A stretch of 47,652 nt of DNA from positions 1 through 47,652 of the IMG/VR virus record IMGVR_UViG_3300012942_000064. The stretch is one strand, 5' to 3'. Below, one piece after another: positions 36,238 to 45,200 of this stretch; the stretch's first letter is position 1, and each line of letters begins with the position of its first letter. Source of the DNA: a virus. Its lineage: Duplodnaviria; Caudoviricetes. A model generated the notes under the pieces. That model was not told the DNA's origin. It made no database searches and saw only the letters and a program-made list of their open reading frames with translations. The position numbers and the translations under genes are program-made.

Positions 36238-38583
36238 ATGGCAAGAGTAGACTTCGGTGGAACCGGAACCGGACAATCCAATACCCGTTCTGGCTCATTC
36301 CCTATCCACACAGGACCCATCGGGCTTCCTGGTGGACGAGCATGCGCCAACGGTGGCACATATGCGATGATCACGGCCGTACGAGCCTGGATATCCGCAG
36401 CCAGCAGCCAAAGCGCGTATCTGGCTCTCGGTAGTGCACAGACTGGATGGTTCGGACTCCCTGTCAACTCCGGACTCCCCACCTATGAGGTCGGAGCAGG
36501 CACAGGATGGTGGCTGGTCAACGGTGGCACCACCACTCTCTACATCTACGGAAACAACTCCACCCCCATCCACTTCAACCGAGGCGGCGGCGGCTCCACA
36601 GATGATGCCGCAGGAGCCCTCGGCTACTCTGGCACCATCGGTGGATCATACGACTACTACCTACCACCGACCGCACCCACCAGTGTCAACGCGACCCCCA
36701 GCACATCTACGGCTGGCCGTATCACCGTTAGCTGGGGAGCCCCGTCTGACAACGGCGGACTGGCAGTCACCAGCTACAACGTCTACCGAGGCGGCACCTA
36801 CATCGGCAACACAACCAGTCTGTCGTATGCTGACTCCGGACTGACAGCAGGCACCTCCTACACCTACACGGTTCGTGCTCGAAACCCCGTCACCGACCAG
36901 GCTGGAACCGAATCCGTCAACTCTAGCTCCGCAACCGCCACAGCCCCAGGAGTCCCCGGTGCACCGACCGGACTGACGGCTACCGCTAGCACGACGGTCA
37001 CCGGGCGAATCTCTCTATCATGGACTGCACCAGCCATCACCGCAGGTGGGATCACCGGGTACCAGGTTTATCAGGGTGGCACACTCATTGCCTCAACGAC
37101 CGGTACCGGAACAACCTACGTGGTCAGTGGACTGACTCCCTACACCACACCATCCTTCACCGTTGCGGCTCGTAACAGCTTCGCAGATGCAAACAGCACA
37201 CAAAGTGCACAATCCTCATCCGCAAGCACCACTGTTCCCGGCCCTCCTTCCGCCCCGACTGCGTTCACAGCTACGGCTGATGGCGGTACGGCCGGTAAGG
37301 TCAACTTCTCCTGGACAGCCCCAAGCCAGACGGGTACAGGTGGCATCACCGGATACAACATCTATCTCTCAGATGGCACACTCCAGCATCAGACTACGGG
37401 GACTGGTACCTCTACCAGTCTGACCGGCTACACTCCCGGAGCCACCTACACCTTCTATATCACAGCACGAAATGCGCTGGCTGACACTGAAGGATCGGAG
37501 TCCTCAGCATCAAACACTTCCACAGTCACCACTCTGGGAGAATCCCCCGCACCCGCTGACTTTACTGTTACCGCCTCTACAGGTGTGCCGGGTCGTCTTG
37601 TACTGTCCTGGACTACCACACCGGGTGGTATCACTGGTTATACCATTCTGGACAAGACGAGTGGAACCGAAGTTCTCGTAGCAAAAGTCTCCAACTCGGT
37701 CAGTTCCTATATGATCGATAACCTCCCAATTGGCACGGCCCGGACATACACGATCAAAACTCGTAACGCATACACGGACACCTTCAGTGATGGCTACCCA
37801 GGAAACTGGGGAGGCCCGAGTTCTGATGCGAAGAGTGCCACACCGAGTTCCAATTTCACACAGGACGTGGGAACCCTCTCCGCAGCCACTGACAACACCA
37901 ATGCTGTCTTCAACGGGACCTACACGATTACGAGCGCCTCCGGAACCTCCATCACATACCTGAAGACCAACGCTAATGTGGCGCTGACCACATCCGCAGG
38001 AACCATCACCAACAACACCAATACCACCTTCAGCGGCACCTATGTCATCACCTCGATCCCAACCGCCAACAAGCTGACTTATGCCAAGACAGCCTCCAAT
38101 ATCTCCAACATATCTGGTGCATCGGGATCACTTACAGACACCACGAACCAAGCCTTGTCCGGAACCAAGACCGTGACATCGGTGAACACCGGAGCCAAGA
38201 CATTCACCTATGACTACAGCGGTGTGGCTATCGCATCCGTAGCTGTTCCACTGGGCACGGTGACGAACACGGCTGGAGCAATCTACAACGGTAGCGGATT
38301 CACGATCAGCAGTATCCCTTCACCCACCACGTTGACCTACGCCAAGACCAACGCGGACCTCCCAGAGACGAACGCGGCTGGAATCGTGACGGACACCACG
38401 AACCGTGACGAGTTCAATGGTGAATTCACCGTAGCCGGTGTGCCATCCTACGATACATTCACCTTTGTGACCACCGGAGAAGCTGACGTATCCAGTCGAG
38501 AGACTTCCGCTCCCGGAGACGCATATCGAGCCTCCTCCCCAGCGAGAATTGACATAAAATACCGTTCCGGTTGGGCAGGATAA
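36238..38583 (+). CDS. Minor tail protein with four fibronectin type III domains and five C-half repeats
   Basis: Repeated P.AP....A.......W..P....IT.Y.VY....L.P...Y...V.ARN (~36664-37850); ends IDIKYRSGWAG; AAGGAGGA SD. Confidence 0.85.
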   Translation: MARVDFGGTGTGQSNTRSGSFPIHTGPIGLPGGRACANGGTYAMITAVRAWISAASSQSAYLALGSAQTGWFGLPVNSGLPTYEVGAGTGWWLVNGGTTTLYIYGNNSTPIHFNRGGGGSTDDAAGALGYSGTIGGSYDYYLPPTAPTSVNATPSTSTAGRITVSWGAPSDNGGLAVTSYNVYRGGTYIGNTTSLSYADSGLTAGTSYTYTVRARNPVTDQAGTESVNSSSATATAPGVPGAPTGLTATASTTVTGRISLSWTAPAITAGGITGYQVYQGGTLIASTTGTGTTYVVSGLTPYTTPSFTVAARNSFADANSTQSAQSSSASTTVPGPPSAPTAFTATADGGTAGKVNFSWTAPSQTGTGGITGYNIYLSDGTLQHQTTGTGTSTSLTGYTPGATYTFYITARNALADTEGSESSASNTSTVTTLGESPAPADFTVTASTGVPGRLVLSWTTTPGGITGYTILDKTSGTEVLVAKVSNSVSSYMIDNLPIGTARTYTIKTRNAYTDTFSDGYPGNWGGPSSDAKSATPSSNFTQDVGTLSAATDNTNAVFNGTYTITSASGTSITYLKTNANVALTTSAGTITNNTNTTFSGTYVITSIPTANKLTYAKTASNISNISGASGSLTDTTNQALSGTKTVTSVNTGAKTFTYDYSGVAIASVAVPLGTVTNTAGAIYNGSGFTISSIPSPTTLTYAKTNADLPETNAAGIVTDTTNRDEFNGEFTVAGVPSYDTFTFVTTGEADVSSRETSAPGDAYRASSPARIDIKYRSGWAG

Positions 38584-38594
38584 CCAAGATTCTC

Positions 38595-38603
38595 TGATAT
38601 GAT
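38595..38603 (+). promoter_or_regulatory. Extended -10 promoter
   Basis: TGATATGAT in the intergenic gap, followed by AGA as at 28663. Confidence 0.5.
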
Positions 38604-38653
38604 AGAAGTCGGCAGACTATTGCTGAAATGACAGAATATGACAGGAATTAGAG

Positions 38654-41600
38654 ATGGTTGATGAGGATATCGCTCCGGTTTACCGGTATTATACGGTAGA
38701 CCTGCTCAGCAACCGTATTCTAGCCGAGATTCCGTTCCGAGCCGTGACCTGGGGCCGGGCATTGAAGGACGCTGGAACATTCGAAGGCACCATTCCAGTC
38801 ATTCCGCAGACCGAACAATATGATCTCTACAACAGTACCGCGCCGGGTGTGACAGCACTTTATGTCGTTCGTGATAACATCTGCGTCTGGGGTGGTATCA
38901 TCTGGGCACGCCAATATGATGCTGTCAGCAAAGACCTCCAGGTGTCCGGTTCCGAATTCACCAGCTACCTCCACCACCGATTCATCTGGAAGACCTGGAA
39001 CCACGAATACGGCGCAACCGTAGTCATCGATGGAGATTCTGGAACTGTCGTCTTCGACTACGGGTCTAATACCAAGGTCAATGCCGGAAGCTCGGTCCAC
39101 TTGGAGTTCTACGAACCCGAGAACTTCAAATACAACGGCTACTACCGTGTCACCGCCGATCCGGCTCCGACACTCAGCGGATTCTCGCTCATCGGCGGCT
39201 ACAGTGTAGCCGATGTTACGAGCATCGAGCGTACCGCAGATGTCGCTTATTACTACACGTCTTCCGAGCATGGGTTCAACGATGGCGACCAGATCACCGT
39301 GTCCGGAACAGGAACCGAATTCGATGGCACGTTCATCATCGGTCTGACTGCCTCCGCTGCAACCAACGTCTTCACCGTCACCAATATCGGCAGTGACGTG
39401 ACTCGCATGACCGTATCCGGTACCGCTGAACGTCCAGTGCCGTCAGGAACATATCAGGAAGTCACCGTCACAGTACGATCCGACACCTACGACTATGTAC
39501 GCAACCTGTTGGACTCCGCGTTCGCAGACTTCGTAGGAACCGACTTCCCGAATGCCTACATCGAACCGGGAATCAGCTACGGTATCAACATCATCCAGTC
39601 CCAGCTTGGCGGGGGAATCGCCACCATTACGACGCAGGAAGATCACAATCTTTCAGTTGGACAGGCCGTACAGGTACAAGACCTGAGTCCACAATTCGAT
39701 GGTGAATATGCTGTCACCGCTACTCCGTATCCGAATGTGTTCAGCTACCAGGAGAGCGGCACACAGGCTGCAACTCCAGTTACGGCAAATGACCAGATCG
39801 TCATTTCAGCAGGAGCCATCGGCAATGTCGTGACCATGACTACAGAAAGCGATCATGGATTCCTAGTCGGACAGAATGTACAAGTCTTCTGCGGATATGA
39901 TGCAGACCCAGACGGGTCGATCCTGAACGGCACCTTCCCGATCACCGCCATCTATTCCCCGACCAAATTCAGTTATGCTGTCCTGAGCCCATTGACCATT
40001 CCGACCACCACATTCACAGCCGCGACCGCGGCCGTAGGTGCGACAACCGTTAACGTCGCTGCAAGCAAGCTTGTCAGCAATGTAGCTACACTCACGACAG
40101 AAGATGAACATGGATTCTCTGTCGGAGACTCTGTGACTGTAGCCGGAGTGGACCATGTAGTCCCGATCCAGCAGAAGTCTCTAGATGCTGCTAACAGTAT
40201 CGCCACTATTGTGACTGCTGTTCCTCATGAGTTGCCTACTGGATCATCTGTAACGATTTCTGGCTTGCGCGACACGGCTAATATCGTGCAGAAGTCCGCC
40301 AGCACTTCCGCTGTCACCTTCACAACTCTACCTGCACACAATTTCACGGTCGGTGATGAAGTCACCATCGAGAATATGGTAGACAGCTACATCATCGTCA
40401 GTAAGAGCCAGACATCTGGCGTTGTCACGCTGACCACTTCAGGGGACCACAACATTCCTGGGGGATCAACCATAACGGTGGATTCTGTTTACGATGTGAA
40501 TACGGTTACGGCACGCAGCCTCACAGATGGTGAAGTCACCTTGACCATCGGAACACACAATTATAGCGCGAACGATTCCATCAGTGTCGCCGGTATTTCA
40601 GAGGTAGGAAATATCGTCGCTACTGAGATGGTGAACGGCATCGCCATTCTCACTCTCTCCAGCATTCACAACTTCCAGGAGACCCAGAACATTACAGTAG
40701 CAGGAATCGGTGCCCCATTCGATGGTGATTTCACGGTACTCTCATACACCGATACCCGAGTTCTCTACCAGATGGAGGATGACACAACGACTACTCTCGC
40801 GCCGGTCGCTCGAAGTTCCGGAACAGTCACTAGTGCGGACTCCATCTACAATGGTGACTTCTATCTTTCCGCAGTCGGCAGTGGTACCGTCAGTTATAAC
40901 GTGCCAGGCATGAATGCCACTGTCCGATCTGTGTCCGGCACCGTTACCGGGTGGAGTCCGGCTAACGGCGTGTATGGTGTCAGCAACGTCCCCTCCTCCA
41001 CCACACTGCAATATGCACTTGCGGGAAACGATCTAGCCACAGCCGTACTGCCCCAGCCCACGGATGATGAGAGCACACCGCCGAACGTGTACACAGACAG
41101 TCGTCATCTTGGGTCTCGAACTATCACTGCCGCTGACCGATTCCATTTCACATTCAGCCAAGTTGCCACCTATGCAGAAAGCCTCCGCGACACGAGCGGT
41201 ACGGCAACCGCTGATTCCATCTTCAACGGTGTGCATACCATCACTACCATATCCGATGATACGTTCACCTTCCCGCTCAGCAATCCTAGTAATGTGTTGG
41301 AAGAATCCGCCAACATCCTGTCCTTTGTTACCGCATCGGATATATATAATGGCACGTTCATCATATCGGATGTTCCCGACGACTTCACCTTCCGATTCGC
41401 CAAGACTCACACTGATTTGGAGCCGAAGACGATCTATGGTCTGGGGGAAGCCACGGTGCAGCCTATGGCCGTTGTCAGTACATACGGTCCGTATCCTGGC
41501 AATGCCAGCATCGGCATAGAATACTCGACACGGAACTACTCGGGTGTGAATGTGGAACCGGTCGCCTACCGTGGATTCGAGTTGACCAACCTGGGGGATG

Positions 41601-42292
41601 CCCTTGACACCTACTCCTCCACCATCAACGGATTCGAATACCGGATCGACTGCTCCTATGATCAGGAATGGGGCACATTCCGCAAGACGTTCGTTCTGCT
41701 CCCGATCAATTTCCCAGACCCGCCCGCGCAAGGCGAAGCCTCCCCGCCCAGCCGATTCGGTGCGGACAAGCTCGTGTTCGAATTCCCCGGGGGATCAATC
41801 ACTACACTGTCCCTTCAGGAGAGCGCTGAGGATTCCACCACGCGCTTCTTTGCCCAGGGATCGACTGATCTAGGTCCGGATGCTGGCCCGCAGTCCTCGG
41901 TAGCCGCAGCCATGGACCTCCTAGCCGGGTCTCGACGCTGGCCACTCTTGGATGGTACGGAGAAGATCGATGGTGTCGATGATGAGACACTCCTGTACTC
42001 GTATGCTCAGAAATATCTATCTCAGACTCGTCCTCCTGGTGCAGCCCTGAGTGTGTCTGTGAATGGCTCCATCCCGCCTCTGGTAGGATCATATAGTCCA
42101 GGGGACTGGTGCTCACTGATCATTGATGATGATTTCATTCTCATGCGGCTCCAAAGTGACATGGAGCCCCGTAACGATGTCTTGGTTCGAAAGATCGATT
42201 CCTACAGTGTGCAGGTACCTGATGGCACAACGTTCCCCGAACAGGTGACACTGAACCTGACAACAGAATCGGAGGTGGACAAGCGTGGCTGA
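38654..42292 (+). CDS. Minor tail protein (tail-tip hub-like) with large nested beta-repeat insertion
   Basis: YRYY..DLL...LAEIP...V.W..L..AG.F, VWGGIIW.R, GFEYRID, FEFPG.I, GDWC core motifs of actinophage minor tail proteins. Confidence 0.8.
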   Translation: MVDEDIAPVYRYYTVDLLSNRILAEIPFRAVTWGRALKDAGTFEGTIPVIPQTEQYDLYNSTAPGVTALYVVRDNICVWGGIIWARQYDAVSKDLQVSGSEFTSYLHHRFIWKTWNHEYGATVVIDGDSGTVVFDYGSNTKVNAGSSVHLEFYEPENFKYNGYYRVTADPAPTLSGFSLIGGYSVADVTSIERTADVAYYYTSSEHGFNDGDQITVSGTGTEFDGTFIIGLTASAATNVFTVTNIGSDVTRMTVSGTAERPVPSGTYQEVTVTVRSDTYDYVRNLLDSAFADFVGTDFPNAYIEPGISYGINIIQSQLGGGIATITTQEDHNLSVGQAVQVQDLSPQFDGEYAVTATPYPNVFSYQESGTQAATPVTANDQIVISAGAIGNVVTMTTESDHGFLVGQNVQVFCGYDADPDGSILNGTFPITAIYSPTKFSYAVLSPLTIPTTTFTAATAAVGATTVNVAASKLVSNVATLTTEDEHGFSVGDSVTVAGVDHVVPIQQKSLDAANSIATIVTAVPHELPTGSSVTISGLRDTANIVQKSASTSAVTFTTLPAHNFTVGDEVTIENMVDSYIIVSKSQTSGVVTLTTSGDHNIPGGSTITVDSVYDVNTVTARSLTDGEVTLTIGTHNYSANDSISVAGISEVGNIVATEMVNGIAILTLSSIHNFQETQNITVAGIGAPFDGDFTVLSYTDTRVLYQMEDDTTTTLAPVARSSGTVTSADSIYNGDFYLSAVGSGTVSYNVPGMNATVRSVSGTVTGWSPANGVYGVSNVPSSTTLQYALAGNDLATAVLPQPTDDESTPPNVYTDSRHLGSRTITAADRFHFTFSQVATYAESLRDTSGTATADSIFNGVHTITTISDDTFTFPLSNPSNVLEESANILSFVTASDIYNGTFIISDVPDDFTFRFAKTHTDLEPKTIYGLGEATVQPMAVVSTYGPYPGNASIGIEYSTRNYSGVNVEPVAYRGFELTNLGDALDTYSSTINGFEYRIDCSYDQEWGTFRKTFVLLPINFPDPPAQGEASPPSRFGADKLVFEFPGGSITTLSLQESAEDSTTRFFAQGSTDLGPDAGPQSSVAAAMDLLAGSRRWPLLDGTEKIDGVDDETLLYSYAQKYLSQTRPPGAALSVSVNGSIPPLVGSYSPGDWCSLIIDDDFILMRLQSDMEPRNDVLVRKIDSYSVQVPDGTTFPEQVTLNLTTESEVDKRG

Positions 42293-45200
42293 TACCATCA
42301 ATAAGCAGCTTCTCGACCTCACTAACCGTGTCAGTACCCTGGAACGTTCCAGCAAGAACACGACCGCCTCGGTGAGTTTGTCCGATTCCGATATTTCGGA
42401 GCATGGTCCTGCGATCACTGCGGCGGTTTCCGGTGACCTCCGAGGTGTGAACAGCATCACATCCAACGGTAATATGAACCTGGTCACCCCCGGAGGACAA
42501 CTCCTCGTCAATGGTACACCTATCGGCAGTGGTGGCGGTGGCGGGGCTGTCTCTAGTGTCAATGGTCAGACCGGTGATGTTGTCCTGACCCAGGATGATG
42601 TAGCTGATGGCACCACCTATAAGCAATATTCGGCTACAGATAAGACCAAGCTCGCCGGAATAGAATCCGGCGCGGATGTCACCGACGCCACGAATGTTGC
42701 GGCTGCCGGAGCCATTATGGACGCCGACTTCACCGCAAACGGCCTTATGATTCGTACAGCCAGCGGCACCTACCTTAGCCGAACCCTCACTGGCACAGCC
42801 AATCAGATCACTGTAACAAACGGCGATGGTGTCAGCGGCAATCCCACTCTCTCCCTCCCAGCCATCATCAACGTGGACACGACGGGATCAGCCGCCAAGC
42901 TGACAACAGCACGCACGATTCGAACCAATCTTGCCTCGACCTCCACGGCATCTTTCGATGGTACGGCCAACATCACCCCCGGTGTTACTGGTACCTTGCC
43001 TATCGCAAATGGTGGTACCGGTGCCACTACTGCCGCAGGAATCCTCACCGCTGCTGGGCTCACTGCCACAGCCGCAGAGATCAACGTTCTGCACTCCTCC
43101 GGGGCCACGAATGCCGACCTCGTGGCGCTACATGATCGAGGAAGCGCCAACGGTGTGGCTACCTTGGATGCGGGTGGTAAAGTTCCGGTGGCACAGCTTC
43201 CTAACTCAGTGATGGAATACCAAGGAACCTGGAACGCATCCACCAACACACCTACACTGGCTGATGGCACAGGTAGCCCTGGTGATGTATACCGAGTATC
43301 AGTGGCAGGAACCCAGAATCTGGGTTCCGGGTCTTTGATATTCACGGTCGGTGATTATGCTATCTATAACACCGCAGGCGTCTGGGAGAAGGCTGACACA
43401 ACAGATGCGGTATCTTCTGTCAACGGCAAGATCGGTGTTGTTGTTCTCACGGCTTCAGATATCGGATTCACCGCCCTAGACGGCACGATCACGGCAACCG
43501 ACACGCAAACAGCCATCAGCCAAGTGTACAACAGTCGCGCAGATAAGAACCGAACTATCAGCGCTGGAACCGGCCTTACCGGTGGTGGTGATCTCACCGC
43601 TAACCGCACGATCTCCATGCCCAATGTTGGCACCGCGGGAACCTATGGATCAGCAACCAGTGTCCCAGTGTTCACCACGGATGCTCAAGGACGAATCACT
43701 ACCGTCACGGGCACGACGATCACGGGTCTCCCACAGTCTTCAATCACGGGACTGACCACACAGCTTCCTGCGTCTACGACTACGGCAGGGCAGTACCTTC
43801 GAAGCACAGGTACAGCTGCGACAGCAGCTTGGACCACTCCCGGCAATATCCAAGCCAACCTGGCGTCTACAACCGCGGCAAACCCGCTGGCAGGAAATAT
43901 CGGAGTCACGGGTGTTCTGCCAGTTGCAAACGGCGGTACTGGTGTCGCTACCATCGCCGGGACCGGCACGGCAGGGAAGGTACTGGCCTCCACGACTAGC
44001 GCCACAGCAGCGGCCCCCTCATGGCGTCAGCTTAATGCTGTAGAGATCATCAATACTCCGGCTGGCGGGGTCACGTCCACAGACCTACAAGCTGCAATCA
44101 ATGAGCTTGACGCGAAGAAGACCTCCGCTGGAACCATGACGTTCATCGAAGTGTCCTCGTCTACAGCAGCAGGTACGGCCGCAAAGGTGGGAACCACAAC
44201 AGGAGGTAGTTATGTTCCTGCTGTGGGTGATATTGTGCATGTCACGCTCACCAACTCGAACTCAGCTAGTTCTCCGACCTTGGCTATCGACGGTGGCACG
44301 GCTCGGGCCATTTACTTGGGGTCATCTGCTGCCACAAACACTGAATCTCAGGGTACCTCATGGTTTATCCGATTCAATGGCACACAGTGGGAACTGTTCG
44401 GTGCACTGAACAACTCAACTTATAGCGAAATCTCAGATGCTAATCTTCAGAATGCAACCAGTTCTGCTGTAGGCACCATCACTGGTCGTCGTATGGAGGC
44501 TGAGCAGGCTTATGAGGCCTCAGTTGCTCGTACACTGACAAACAAGTCCATCGATGGTGCGGACAACACACTGACCAATATTCCTGGGTACAGTATTGTC
44601 GGGTCTATCGGTGTGGATACGACGGGCAATGCGGCTACTGCTACTAAGTTGGCCTCTGCCCGTACAATCTCTTTGACGGGAGATGTGTCGGGCTCGACTT
44701 CGTTCGATGGGTCTGCCAATGTCTCGATCACGGCCACGGTAGCAGATAACTCACACAACCACATTCTGGCGAATATCACGGATGTGACTGCCACAGCAGC
44801 GGAAGTTAATGTTCTAGACGGAATCACTGCGTCTACGACCGAATTGAACTACACTGATGGGGTTACCAGCAACATTCAGACACAGTTGAATGCAAAATCC
44901 GCAGATAGTACCGTTGTTCACCTCACTGGTAACGAAACAATTGCAGGCACCAAGACCTTCTCGTCCACTATTTCTGGGTCGGTTTCCGGCAACGCCGGTA
45001 CCGCTACGAAGCTCGCAACTGCCCGCACCATTCAAACCAATCTCAGTTCTACTTCATCAGCATCCTTTGATGGTAGTGCTAATGTCTCGCCTGGAATTAA
45101 AGGGACACTGCCAGTTTCCTACGGTGGTACGGGAGCGACTACCCAGAACGAAGCCGCACATGCAATCGGCGCTGATCTGCCGGGGTACCTCGTCTCGACC

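Noticed and set aside
36222-36238. Readthrough or frameshift fusing the two minor tail genes
   Set aside because: Different frames, no slippery site, and a strong AAGGAGGA SD before 36238 favour separate translation; not formally excluded
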